DNA of 64,000 bases, taken from positions 5,754,532-5,818,531 of the forward strand of contig NC_057757.1 in NCBI RefSeq assembly GCF_004010195.1. Reading direction: 5' to 3'. Below the pieces are notes generated by a model. That model made no database searches. It was not told the DNA's origin and was given only the letters and a program-made list of their open reading frames with translations. The position numbers and the translations under genes are program-made. This document shows positions 47,296-60,673 of this stretch, one piece after another. The first letter of the stretch is position 1. Every line of letters begins with the position of its first letter. The stretch is from Chiloscyllium plagiosum. Lineage: Eukaryota.

Positions 47296-50200
47296 AGTAT
47301 CTGAAAGAACTGGCTATTTGGTCTCATTCCCAGTGAAACACCGAGGGAGGGAGGTATGGGGAGTTCGGGAAGTAATTCGTGAGCTTGAGTCTTTGGTGGC
47401 TGATATGGAAGGTCCTGATTAACACAACAATTGCAATACAAGATGTTTGGCGACTAAGGATTAAAATCAATGTAGAGACCTTGATGCGTGGCAGAGCTGA
47501 AGAAGGTCACAGAATTGGGGAGGAATGAGGGAAAAAATAAGTCTTATGATTTTCATGATGACAGTACATCTCAAAGTGCTTCACAGCAGATGAAGTATTT
47601 TCAGAAGGTGTAATCGCGCGGGAAACACCACCACTAATGGTGCTCCGCAAGGATCCCACAAACCACAGTGCAATATTGACAAGTTAATCTTTTCCTGTGT
47701 TTGATATTGATTATGAGGGATATATATTGACCCCAGTTCAGCAGGGATAACTCCCTCGGCCCCTTAAGGACCCTATATTGAGTCCAGTTATTTATAGAGC
47801 CTGAACACTTCCCTGTCCTTTACCCAACACCCCCCCCCCCCCCCCCGTGCCCCATCTTGACGTGGGCTGTCTTCAGTACAGCCAAAGCACTTTCGTCAAC
47901 TTATTATTCACCAGCTTTCTTTCCTTTCTGCCTGGTTTATCATTACTCATCCCTTTGTCTGTCTGTTTTCTCTCTTGGCTCCATCCAAATGCACTTAGTT
48001 CTCCTTTTTCTCCCCTGCAGCAATTTCTAATTCTGTTTCAAATTTCCACCATCTGCAGTTCTTTGTTTTATTGTGAGAATTTTCAAGTGCTGGTGTTGCT
48101 TGACTGTGTGCCAGTGCTGATCACTGGAAAAGAGGGAGATAGCTGAACAACAGTCGATACAATAGGCAGCAAGAGTCACAGAATCCCTCCAGGGTGGAAG
48201 CAGGCTATGTGGCCCACCGAGTCCTCACTGATCCCCCAAAGNNNNNNNNNNNNNNNNNNNNNNNNNNNNNNNNNNNNNNNNNNNNNNNNNNNNNNNNNNN
48301 NNNNNNNNNNNNNNNNNNNNNNNNNNNNNNNNNNNNNNNNNNNNNNNNNNNNNNNNNNNNNNNNNNNNNNNNNNNNNNNNNNNNNNNNNNNNNNNNNNNN
48401 NNNNNNNNNNNNNNNNNNNNNNNNNNNNNNNNNNNNNNNNNNNNNNNNNNNNNNNNNNNNNNNNNNNNNNNNNNNNNNNNNNNNNNNNNNNNNNNNNNNN
48501 NNNNNNNNNNNNNNNNNNNNNNNNNNNNNNNNNNNNNNNNNNNNNNNNNNNNNNNNNNNNNNNNNNNNNNNNNNNNNNNNNNNNNNNNNNNNNNNNNNNN
48601 NNNNNNNNNNNNNNNNNNNNNNNNNNNNNNNNNNNNNNNNNNNNNNNNNNNNNNNNNNNNNNNNNNNNNNNNNNNNNNNNNNNNNNNNNNNNNNNNNNNN
48701 NNNNNNNNNNNNNNNNNNNNNNNNNNNNNNNNNNNNNNNNNGGTGACATGTACTTCTATATGTGCATTGTATTCTGGAGCTAAGGATAGTGATGGGATAG
48801 GCGATAGCTCTCTCCAGTACATGGTTGACCAGGAATCTCTCCCACTTAGACCACTTGATAGTTGTGTGTTGGAAGAATTTGCAAGGTTTTATTCATCGTG
48901 AATTCTCCTTACTTGACTGTCAAATCCCCATATGAGAGAGAGTGAGCCATTTTAAAAACTCTAGTTCGTGGCTGTATTGTCTGCCTTTGGTCTCTTTTAA
49001 TCTGAGGGAACATGGAATTGTTAGCGTTTAGCATTGGAGAACTATTGCTGCTCCCTCCTCTCCCAACCTATTGCCCCGTCTTCATGGGGTTGCTGTATTT
49101 TCTATTGTTGGTGTAGGTTGGGTATCCTTGGAAACAGGGCACAGCAGTAGCTACTGGATTTTATGTGATTACCCTTTAACTGGATGGTTGCTGGGGCAGC
49201 ATGCTGCTAATATCTCTGTCGGATGCCACATATCAGGGAGCCAGATTGAGTCGTCTTTTTTTCCCAGAGCTTTTTTTTTCCCTTCTTGGATCTACAAATA
49301 ACTTTGTGCGTGTGTTGAGCACGTTATTACCTAAATGAGCCTGTTGTGTGTTTGTGTTTTGATAACTGAAACTAAGTCCAGGGTTAATCCCACTTATTGC
49401 TTTCCAAGTGATTGCAGAAATGTTGCCAGAGTAAAGGTCAGACTCCACTGTGGATTAGGCTTTTTATGGCCAGCCTTTCTTGACTTGGATTTATTTCAAA
49501 TGTTTGCCCCTCATGCACTTCATGGAAAAGAAAATTCTCACAAAGAATCACTCGATCTCCCACTCTGATATGTGGCTGTCACGCGCCAGAGTGCTACCCT
49601 AGCAACCACCAATCAGGTGACGTTTCACAAAACCTTCTGTTTGGAAATTAACTGTCAGCCTGACATCCAGGATTGGGTGGGCAGAGACTTTCTCCAATTA
49701 AGTGTGAAAGTTCGAAGCCATTGTCTCTATATTCCTGTGTCCCAGAGCCTCCAGCTCCTTCCCTCTCCCTGGCCACTGTCTGAGGCCAAAACAGACTTCC
49801 CACTACCTTGCTGTCCTGCTCGTCGTTGAAACAAACTTCTAATCCCTTACCTGCACCATTGCTAAGACTGCCCATTTGCACTTCCCCAATTTGGCCAGTT
49901 TAGCTGCTGTCTCAGCTTACCTGCTGAAACTGTCTTGTGCCTTTCTTTCCCTCTAGATATGACTGTTTCAACATAATCCTGGTTGGTCTCACATCTTCAG
50001 CCCTCCATCGGCTTGTGAGTCTCCAAAACTCTTCCTGTATCTGAACTCGCACCAAGTACTGGTCACCCATCACTTTTGTGCTCTTTGGTTCTCATTGACC
50101 CGTGGTTGAACAGTGGATCAGGTATTAAAATCTTCATCCTTGTTTCTCAGGTACCTCTCTCTATTGTTCTTCTTCAGCCCAAAACCTTCCACTCACTGCG

Positions 50201-51779
50201 GCCTCTTGAATGTCTCTGATTTAATCACTCCATCGTTGGCCTCCCCTTCAGCTGTCTGAAACTCTAGAATTCCCTATCAAAACCTTGTAGTGTTTCCTTT
50301 TTCTTCTTAAAACTGACTTCTTTGACTCAGCTTTTGATCCACTTTGCCCTATATGCTGTGTGACTTTGTGTCTGATTTTGTTCAATAGTCATCCCTTGTA
50401 AAGTACCTCGGGTACATTTTGACTGCAATAGAGTCATAGAGATGTCTAGCATGGGAACAGACCCTTCAGTCCGACTCATCCATGCCAACCAGATATAAAT
50501 TGTTGAACTGTTGCAGTCCACTCGGTGTAGGGACAGCTGCTGTGGTGTTCGGGAGACTGTTCCAGATGTTTGACCACTGAAGGACCTGTGATGTGTTTCC
50601 AAGTCAGGATGGTGAGTGGCGTGGCAGGGAACTTGCAAAGGGTGGTGTTCCCGTGTGTCTGCTGCCCTGCCTTTCCCAGTGGCTGAGTTGATGGGTTTGA
50701 AGGTGCATCCTGTATTTGGTACATTGTCAGTGGGAGAGAGGCTGAATGCTAACAGTGGTGAATGTGGTGCCAGCCAAGCGGGTTGCGTTGTCCTGGATGC
50801 TGTCGAGGTTCTCACGTCTTGTTGGAGGTGCACCCATCCAGGCAAGTGGGGAGTCGTCCATCACACTCCTGACTTGTGCCTTGTCAATGGTGGAAAGGCT
50901 TTGGGGAGTCAGGAGGTGAGTTATTCTTAGGTGGCTTGCATTTCATTGCGGTAACTGTAAGGTAGTGAGAAATGCTCCATGCTGAGCAGGTTTGTAATTT
51001 TCTCTCCCTTTTAGTACTTGCCCCTCATTTTGGAATGATTGCCTTGCACCTCCTACTTTCTTGGGGAACGCTAAACATATATCTTCTGTGTCATTGCCTC
51101 CCTAGTATTGGTCATTAGTAAATGCAGTCCTAGGAGAATAAGTTCTCTACAGCTTTCCCAAAATCTCTGCTGGCCTCCAGTTTTGGTGCATCATACCTCC
51201 CTGGTTTTCTCCTATCGGTGGTGTGCTCTTGGATGCTTAGGATCTTGATTCTGAAATTCCTTTCCTAAATCTCTCTACCTATGTCTCTTTCTCCCTTTTT
51301 AATGCTATCCTTTAAAATATACCTCTTTGACCAATCACCTGTGCTGGTATTGCCCAAGTTGGCTCATGTCTGTTTGAGTGTTAACACCTGAAATGTTTTA
51401 AGGAATTTTCAAAACTTTGTTGAGAAGTATTGTGTAAATGTAAGTTCTTGTCATCGACTTGAGCAGTAGACCATAATTCATAGGAACAGGCGGATGACTT
51501 TTGGCGCCTCGAGTCTAGTCCCGCATTCAATAGAATCTTGACTGATCCAACAATCACCATGTCAACCCTCCTCCCCTTTCCTGTAATCCCTGATTCTCCT
51601 GTGGACCAAGAATCTATCTATCTCCATCTTCAAGGCATGCATTGACTCTGGAAGTCTTTGCCACAGACAGCTGTCAGTCCAAAGGTTTTCAACCTGCCGA
51701 AGAAATTCCTCCTCAGCTCAGTCTTAAATTGGCACCCCTAATTGTGAGATTGTGCCCCCTGATCCTCGACTGTCCCCAG

Positions 51780-53190
51780 AGGGGGATATGGAAGATATAG
51801 ACTGTAGGGAAATAGATGGTGACATCTTGCAAAATGTCCAGATTATAGAGGAGGAAGTGCTTGATGCCTTGAAACGGTTAAAGGTGGATAAATCCCCAGG
51901 ACCTGATCAGGTGTACCCAAGAACTCTGTGGGAAGCTAGAGAAGTGATTGCGGACCTCTTGCTGAGATATTTGTATCATCGATAGTCACAGATGAGGTGC
52001 CGGAAGACTGGAGGTTGGCAAACATGGTGCCACTGTTTAAGAAGGGCGTAAAGACAAGCCAGGGAACTATAGACCNNNNNNNNNNNNNNNNNNNNNNNNN
52101 NNNNNNNNNNNNNNNNNNNNNNNNNNNNNNNNNNNNNNNNNNNNNNNNNNNNNNNNNNNNNNNNNNNNNNNNNNNNNNNNNNNNNNNNNNNNNNNNNNNN
52201 NNNNNNNNNNNNNNNNNNNNNNNNNNNNNNNNNNNNNNNNNNNNNNNNNNNNNNNNNNNNNNNNNNNNNNNNNNNNNNNNNNNNNNNNNNNNNNNNNNNN
52301 NNNNNNNNNNNNNNNNNNNNNNNNNNNNNNNNNNNNNNNNNNNNNNNNNNNNNNNNNNNNNNNNNNNNNNNNNNNNNNNNNNNNNNNNNNNNNNNNNNNN
52401 NNNNNNNNNNNNNNNNNNNNNNNNNNNNNNNNNNNNNNNNNNNNNNNNNNNNNNNNNNNNNNNNNNNNNNNNNNNNNNNNNNNNNNNNNNNNNNNNNNNN
52501 NNNNNNNNNNNNNNNNNNNNNNNNNNNNNNNNNNNNNNNNNNNNNNNNNNNNNNNNNNNNNNNNNNNNNNNNNNNNNNNNNNNNNNNNNNNNNNNNNNNN
52601 NNNNNNNNNNNNNNNNNNNNNNNNNNNNNNNNNNNNNNNNNNNNNNNNNNNNNNNNNNNNNNNNNNNNNNNNNNNNNNNNNNNNNNNNNNNNNNNNNNNN
52701 NNNNNNNNNNNNNNNNNNNNNNNNNNNNNNNNNNNNNNNNNNNNNNNNNNNNNNNNNNNNNNNNNNNNNNNNNNNNNNNNNNNNNNNNNNNNNNNNNNNN
52801 NNNNNNNNNNNNNNNNNNNNNNNNNNNNNNNNNNNNNNNNNNNNNNNNNNNNNNNNNNNNNNNNNNNNNNNNNNNNNNNNNNNNNNNNNNNNNNNNNNNN
52901 NNNNNNNNNNNNNNNNNNNNNNNNNNNNNNNNNNNNNNNNNNNNNNNNNNNNNNNNNNNNNNNNNNNNNNNNNNNNNNNNNNNNNNNNNNNNNNNNNNNN
53001 NNNNNNNNGTGGTGGAGGCTGGTACAATTGCAACATTTAAGAGGCATTTGGATGGGTATATGAATAGGAAGGGTTTGGAGGGATATGGGCCGGGTGCTGG
53101 CAGGTGGAAATAAATTGGATTGGGATATCTGGTCAGCATGGACCGGTTGGATCGAAGGGTCTGTTTCCGTGCTGTACATCTCTGACTCTA
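51780..53190 (+). mobile_element. CR1 LINE spanning a gap
   Basis: LKVDKSPGPDQVYPRTL and PEDWRLANMVPLFKKG before the gap; CR1 3' end after it. Confidence 0.9.
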
Positions 53191-53512
53191 TCCTCTCAGC
53201 ATTGACCGTTTAGAATCCGATGTGTTTCAATGACAACGCCTCTCATTCTTCTAAACCCCATGGAATAGAGTCCCAACTTATTTAGCCTTTGCTCATTAGT
53301 CAATCCCTCCATACCGGGGATCATCCTGGAGAACCTTTTCTGATTCTCTGTCTCCAAAGAAATGATATCTTTCCTTCAATAAGGGTCTAAAACAGCTCAC
53401 GGTACTCTAGATGTGGCACCTTGTACAATTGCAGTAAGATTTTCCTACTCATACACTCCAACCCCGTCGAAATAAGGCCGACATTGCATTAACCTTCCTG
53501 ATTACCTGCTGG

Positions 53513-53637
53513 TAGAAAGTGAGGATTGCAGATGCTGGAGATTAGACTCGGACAGTGTGGTGCTGCAGAAGCACAACCAGTCTGGCAGCATCCAAGGACC
53601 AGGAGAGTCGATGTTTTGAGCATAAGCTCTTCAGGAT
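53513..53637 (-). mobile_element. Penelope-like terminal fragment (family A)
   Basis: agaaagtgaggattgcagatgctggagat...tcgatgttttgagcataagctcttcagg. Confidence 0.7.
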
Positions 53638-53811
53638 GACCTGCTGCTCCTGTTTGGTAGCTTTCTGTGTTTCATGCACAAGTGCCCCCATTGTGTTGCA
53701 GCTTTCTGCAGTTGCTCTCCATTTTAAATTATATTCTGTTCTCTGCTCTCACTTCCAAAATGAACAACTTTGCATTTTCCAGCATTACACTTCATTTACA
53801 CATAATACTTC

Positions 53812-54110
53812 AGGGCAGCACAGTGGCTCAGGGAACCTTGGGTGTCTGTGTGGGATTTGCACGTTCTCCCTCGTGTCTGCGTGGGTTTCCTCCGGGTGCT
53901 CTGACTTCCTCCCACAGTCCAAAGATGTGCAGGTTAGAGTGGATTGTCCAGGCTAAATTGTCCATCGTGTCCAGGGATGTGCCGGCTAGGTTGGTTAGCT
54001 ATGGGAATGCAGGGTTACAGGGATAGGGTGAGGGGTCTAGGTGGGTTGCTATTGAGAGGGTCTGTGTGGACTCAAAGGACTGATTGGCCTGCTTCTGCAC
54101 TGTCAGAATT
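53812..54110 (+). mobile_element. V-SINE (HE1-like) carrying the two-copy internal duplication
   Basis: gatgtgcaggttagagtggattg...tccagggatgtgccggctagg is the unexpanded form of the 52-bp unit. Confidence 0.82.
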
Positions 54111-55899
54111 CTATTAATCTGTGATAATTTGTCAATATGTTTAGTTGCTTAACCTATCAATATTTTTCTGTGAAATGTTTGTATCCCTCTTACAACCTGT
54201 CTTTCCACCGATTCTAATGTCTGCAAATCTGGAGGAAGAAAATGAATGTATTGGCATCCAAGACCTAAATATATATTGTTAACAGTTTTGGTCCCAGCAC
54301 TAATCCGTGCGGGACTGCACTGGTCACAGGTCGCCACCTGCAAAAGAACGTCTTATCTCTACTGTTTTCTGCCCATGAGCCAATTCTCTATCCATGCCAA
54401 TATTCTACTAACACTCTGGGCTTATATCTTTTGACCTTAACCTTTTATGAGGTACTTTGGGTTTGGACTTCCAGAAGGCTTTCAACAACACATCTACAGG
54501 CTCCCTTCCTATCTGCTTCCTTGTAAAGCTCTTAGAATTTAGACAGGTATGATTTCCCTTTTCATAAAGCCATGCTGATTGTTTGATTTGATTATAATTT
54601 TCTAAATGTCCTACTATTCCTTTCTTAATAATTTATCCTATTACTTTTCCGACGATAAATGTTAGGGTAATTGACCCACTTCTTGCCTCCCTCCCTTTTT
54701 CAATAGCGATATCACATTCGCAGTTTTCCAGTCCTCAGACTTCTACAGAATGCATAGATATTAGGAAAATTACACCCCAGTGCACCCACTATCTCAGTAG
54801 CTATCTCTCTTCGGATCTTAAGATGCAAGCCATCAGGGCCAGGGGCTTAACTCTTCACTCATTGGTTTGTCTAATATTATTTTAGAGAAGTTACTTAATT
54901 TCTCCGCCATATTCTTTGACATTAATGGAATGTTCCGATTTCTTCCACCATAAAGACTGATGCAAAATATCAGTTTCACTGCTGTTTCATTGTTTCCCAA
55001 AACTTTTCTTAAGGGGCTTATGTTTACTTTGACCTCTCTCTTCCTTTTTATATATTTAATAAGGTCTTATTGTCAGTTGTTATTTTCCTCGTGTTTTTGC
55101 TGTCTTTATTATTTCTTTAGTCCTCCTTTGCTGGATTCTGAATTTATCCCAGCTTTGGGACTGACTCACTGACTTTGGCCTCCTTTTATGTTTTTTCTTT
55201 CACCTTAATAATCTGCTTAGCCTCCTTGGTTTATCCCTCACACAATCTGTCTTCCTTTTCTGGGATGTATTCTTGCTGAACCTCAAAGGTCTGTCACTGC
55301 TGGCTTACCGTCATTCCCCCTGCTAATGTATCCATCCTATATCCAGGTAACCAATCTATCCAGCCCTGAGGGAGAGTCAGTGGACCCGGGACGTCAACTC
55401 TGATTTCTCTCCAAAGATGCTGCCAGACCTGCTGAGCTTTTCCAGCAGTTTCTGTTAATGTATCCACCTAGTTCACTTTCACTAGCTCTATCTTAATTTC
55501 ATTGTAATTCCCTTTATTCAATGTAAATACACTGGTTTCCAACCCACGTTTCGCACACTCAAACTGATAATTAAATTCTACCATGTTCACTGCTTCTTAT
55601 GGGATCTTTTCTTTTCTTCCTTTTCTCTTTGACAGTGAAGAAACATCGAGTGCAGAAAACTTGATTCAGGTACCACCGCCAAGAAGGAAAAACACCCGAG
55701 TGGTGAGTAACCAGTAGTGCCCTTTAGGGGAATCTTTTATTGGGAGGTAATTTATTAATTACACATTAATTGCCTCATTACACATTACCAGATCCAAGAT
55801 CGTCTGCTCCCTGGTTGGCTTTGGGAAACAATTCTTAATGCACTGAATTTGTTGTCGTAGTTACCCTTTCCAATCAATGTGACGGTTAAAGTCGCACAT

Positions 55900-58170
55900 C
55901 ATTAGACTGACTAAGGGGGAGGCCATATTGGATTGGGTGCTAGGGAACGAGCCAGGCCAAGTGTCCGATCTCTCGGTGGGAGAGCATTTCAGTGACGGTG
56001 ACCACAACTGCCTCACCTTTACGATAGCCGTGGAGAGGGATAGGAACGGACGGTATGGGAAGGTATTTAATTGGGTGTGGGGGAGACTTATGCTGCCATT
56101 AGACAGGAGCTGTGGAGTATACGTTGGGTACAATTGTCCGATGGGAAATGTACAACAGAAATGTGGAGGCTGTTTAAAGAGCACTGTTGCGAGTGTTGGA
56201 TAACTTTGTCCCACTGAGACAGGCAAGGATTGGGAAGGTGAAGGAGTGTTGGACAATAAGAGCAGAGGAGCTTCTCGTCACAAGGAAGAAGGAAGCTTAC
56301 TTAAGGTTGAGGAAGCAAGGATCTGGCACAGCTTGAGGATTACAGGGTAGCGAGGAAAGAACTCAAAAATGGATTGAGGAGAGCTAGGANNNNNNNNNNN
56401 NNNNNNNNNNNNNNNNNNNNNNNNNNNNNNNNNNNNNNNNNNNNNNNNNNNNNNNNNNNNNNNNNNNNNNNNNNNNNNNNNNNNNNNNNNNNNNNNNNNN
56501 NNNNNNNNNNNNNNNNNNNNNNNNNNNNNNNNNNNNNNNNNNNNNNNNNNNNNNNNNNNNNNNNNNNNNNNNNNNNNNNNNNNNNNNNNNNNNNNNNNNN
56601 NNNNNNNNNNNNNNNNNNNNNNNNNNNNNNNNNNNNNNNNNNNNNNNNNNNNNNNNNNNNNNNNNNNNNNNNNNNNNNNNNNNNNNNNNNNNNNNNNNNN
56701 NNNNNNNNNNNNNNNNNNNNNNNNNNNNNNNNNNNNNNNNNNNNNNNNNNNNNNNNNNNNNNNNNNNNNNNNNNNNNNNNNNNNNNNNNNNNNNNNNNNN
56801 NNNNNNNNNNNNNNNNNNNNNNNNNNNNNNNNNNNNNNNNNNNNNNNNNNNNNNNNNNNNNNNNNNNNNNNNNNNNNNNNNNNNNNNNNNNNNNNNNNNN
56901 NNNNNNNNNNNNNNNNNNNNNNNNNNNNNNNNNNNNNNNNNNNNNNNNNNNNNNNNNNNNNNNNNNNNNNNNNNNNNNNNNNNNNNNNNNNNNNNNNNNN
57001 NNNNNNNNNNNNNNNNNNNNNNNNNNNNNNNNNNNNNNNNNNNNNNNNNNNNNNNNNNNNNNNNNNNNNNNNNNNNNNNNNNNNNNNNNNNNNNNNNNNN
57101 NNNNNNNNNNNNNNNNNNNNNNNNNNNNNNNNNNNNNNNNNNNNNNNNNNNNNNNNNNNNNNNNNNNNNNNNNNNNNNNNNNNNNNNGTGACCAGTGGTG
57201 TCCTGCAGGGATCTGTTCTTGGGCCTCTCGCTGCTTTCTGTAGTTTTTATAAATGACTTGGATGAAGACGTGGAGGGGTGAGTTAGTAAGTTTGCCGATG
57301 ATACAAAGGTGGGTGGTGTCGTAGATATAGTGTAGAGGGCAGTTGTAGGCTACAACAAGACATGGACAGGATGCAGAGCTGGGCTGAGAAGTGGCAGATG
57401 GAGTTCAACCTGGATAAATGCGAAGTGATTCATTTTGGAAGATGGAATTTGAATGCTGAATACAGGGTTAAAGGCAGGATTCTTGGCAGTGTGAAGGAAC
57501 AGTGGGGTCTTGGGGTCCACGTCCATAGACCCCTCAAAGTTGCTACCCAAGTTGATAGGATTGTTAAGAAGGCGTATGGTGTTTTAGCTTTCATTAACAG
57601 GGGGATTGAGTTTAAGAGGCACAAGGTTTTGCTGCAGCTCTGTAAAACCCTGGTTAGACCACACTTGGAATATTGTGTCTAGTTCTAGCTGCCTAATTGT
57701 CAGAAGGATGTGGATGCTTTAGAGAGGGTGCAGAGGAGATTTACCAGGATGCTGCCTGGATTGGAGGGCTTGTCTTATGAAGAGAGGTTGAGTGAGCTGG
57801 GGCTTTCCACACAGGAGAGGAGGAGGAAGAGAGGTGACTTGATAGAGGTGTACAAGGTAATGAGAGGCGTAGATAGCCAGAGACATTTCACCAGGGCCGT
57901 CACAAGGGGTCATAACTTTCAGGTGATTGGTGAAAGGTATAGCGGAGATGGTCAGAGGTCGGTTCTTTATGAAGAGAGTGGTGGGTGCGTGGATTGTACT
58001 GCCTGTGGTGGTAATAGAGTCAGAGTCATTAGGGCAATTGCTGGACAGCACATGGACAGCAGTAAATTGAGGGGTGTGTAGGTTAGGTTGATCTTAATCT
58101 AAGATAAATGCTCAGCACAAGATTGTGGGCCGAAGGGCCTATACTGTGCTGTACTGACCTATTTTCTATT
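55900..58170 (+). mobile_element. CR1 LINE ORF2 (endonuclease end, RT, 3'UTR) spanning a gap
   Basis: AILDWVLGNEPGQVSDLSVGEHFSDGDHN; SGVxQGSVLGP; KFADDTK; WQMEFNLDKCEVIHFG; RGDLIEVYK. Contains stops and frameshifts. Confidence 0.92.
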
Positions 58171-59154
58171 ATTGCTCTATTTGTACATGTTCCTCGTATT
58201 TGTTATTTAATAGCCTTTCCTACGGAGTGGCTCATATCTGGGTGGGTCTCTACACTCCCAAAGTCATTTTTTCCTTGCTGGTTTTGCCTTTGCCCAAATG
58301 GACTCTGCATCATCCGAGCCTAGGTTAAGTTTTTTTTTCTTGAGATCCTTACACACTTGATGCAAATGCAACACACCAACTTCTGTGAACAACCAAAATG
58401 TCATTAAGCATAGTACTGTACAAACTTTCTGGAGGAACTTTGAACACACCTCGCAGGGCTTGCAGAGTCGTGTCAAAGCTCTCCCTGAACAAAGGAAACA
58501 GTCCTTCCTTTATACAAAATCTTTACATCACAGGTCAGTAATGCCCACAAGACAAACCTCCAGTCACTCCCCCAACAGTCACATGCCACTCAAGATACAA
58601 TGCAGTGACCTGACCATCTCCAGAAACAGTATAATGCCAATCATCTCTTAATGGTCAAATCTGTTGCAAATCGTTTATTTTTAACTACAGAGAGTAGCCA
58701 GAATTCCAAATATAATGTCCTCATTGATTTCTGAATAGGAGATGATGACAATGTAACTGGCTCTGAAAGGCAAGGAAATGGTCATGTGAATGGCTCTGAA
58801 TAATAGGAGATGATAATGGAAATTCCTTTCAAGCTGCCTGTAAGTCAGAGGCATCTCACTCTAGCCTCAGGACATCCAGTTTCCTGCAGGTCAGCAGAGC
58901 AAGTTACCTCTTCAATATCTCAAGATCATCTCTCACAGCAAAGCTCAATGTGCAACCTTTTGGCTTTATGACACTATGGTTCCCTGCAGGCAGTCTACTA
59001 GCTGGAGTTAAAGTTCCTGCTTCATCTGCCTACCCTGTGGTACAGTGTCATCTTTATGACTGCTGTTGATATTAGCAGTCATCAGCTTACCTACCATTTG
59101 CATCTGGACACAAAGTCCAAATATTGAGTTTGGCCTTGCGAGAGAGTAACAGAG

Positions 59155-59592
59155 GAGCAAGTGAGGACTGCAGATGCTGGAGATCAGAGCTGAAAATGTG
59201 TTGCTGGAAAAGCGCAGCAGGTCAGGCAGCATCAAAGGAGTAGGAGAATTGACGTTTCGGGTATGAGCCCTTCAGGAATGAGGAGGGTGTGCCCAGCAGG
59301 CTAAGATAAAAGGTAGGGAGAAGGGACTTGAGGGAGGGGTGTTGGGAATGCGATAGGTGGAAGGAGGTTAAGGTGAGGGAGATAGGCCGGAGAGGGGGTG
59401 GGGGCGGAGAGGTCGGGAAGAAGATTGCAGGTCAAGAAGGCGGTGCTGAGGCCGAGGGTTGGGACTGAGAAACGGTGGGGGGAGAGGAAATGAGGAAGCT
59501 GGAGAAATCTGCATTCATCCCTTGTGGTTGGAGGGTTCCTAGGCGGAAGATGAGGCGCTCTTCCTCCAGGCGTCGTGTTGCCATGGTCTGGC
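59155..59592 (-). mobile_element. Penelope-like element 3' end (family A)
   Basis: Minus strand translates QTMATRRLEEERLIFRLGTLQPQGMNADFSSF, the C-terminal E..I..L.T..P.GxN motif of PLE GIY-YIG endonucleases. Terminal repeat has a deleted hammerhead core (CTGA-AGGGCTCATACCCGAAACGTC). Confidence 0.85.
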
Positions 59593-60407
59593 ATGATGGA
59601 TTTGTTAGTGCAGTCCTCTGCTATCAAAACCTGAATAAGGTATTTTTCATGGTTTAATTAATGGCAACTTCCTAAGGATTCTGAAATAACAACAAAATGT
59701 TGCTGAGAGACTTGTATCTTGCAGCTTCTGGAGAAAGATAGAGATATATTGGACTGTCTCAACCTTAAACTTTGCTCCCTCCACAGCTGCTGAATTTCTC
59801 TAGCACTTCCTGTTTTTACTTTAGATCTTCAACATCTGCAGTAGTGTGCTTTTTATTTGAGTTCAGCTAACAATGCAGACCTACACTGGGGAAAGCAATT
59901 GAGTGAGTGTTTCACTGAACTGTCTCTGAGCCTGAGGGCTGCGCCGATCCTTGCTGTAACTCTCCCCATATTTGATGCTTTTTGTGATTGGCCTTGCCTG
60001 GAGTTCCTATCGATTCCTTATCTTCGAATGGGGCTGTTGGTTGCCGGTTTCTTGAACCTCCTGACCTTATTTGTTTCTCCCCTTGGTCTTTTATACCTAG
60101 AATGAGATGAGACTTGTTAGGAATGCACACCAGCTAGGATTGGTTAAGCCAGATGGCCCTTCTCTATGTTATACCTTCTTAGTATATGAAATACCAACAG
60201 TTTGCATTTAAGTAGCACCGTGAGCATGTTAGCACTGCTGTGAAGCACCTTGGGAGCATTCTATCAAACAAGATTGCACATTGGCCCCAATGAGACTTTA
60301 GGACATAGTGTCCAGAAGTCAGTAGCAAGAGGAGTAAATCCCACTGCTCTGAACATACAACTGTGGAACTTTGGGATGACCAGGAGACTAGCATTGGAGA
60401 AGCAATT

Positions 60408-60673
60408 GACCCGGGTTCAATTCCCGCCTCAGGCAACTGTCTGTGTGGAGTTTGCACATTCTCCCCGTGTCTGCGTGGGTTTCCTCCGGGTGCTCCAGTT
60501 TCCTCCCACAGTCCAAAAATGTGCAGGTCAGGGTGAATTGGCCCCGCTAAATTGCCCCATAGTGTTAGGTGTAGGGGTAAATGTAGGGGAATGGGTTTGG
60601 GTGGGTTACTCTTCAGAGGCTCGGTGTGGACCTGTTGGGCCGAAGGGCCTGTTTCCACACTGTAAGTAATCTA
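60408..60673 (+). mobile_element. V-SINE (HE1-like), 5'-truncated at the B box
   Basis: gacccgggttcaattcc, V-domain, tail taatcta. Confidence 0.88.

Noticed and set aside
51936..53179. Long ORFs of 200-390 aa (also around 23.6-24.4, 45.3-46.2, 48.2-48.9 and 56.4-57.2 kb)
   Set aside because: Artefacts of N-runs translated as X.
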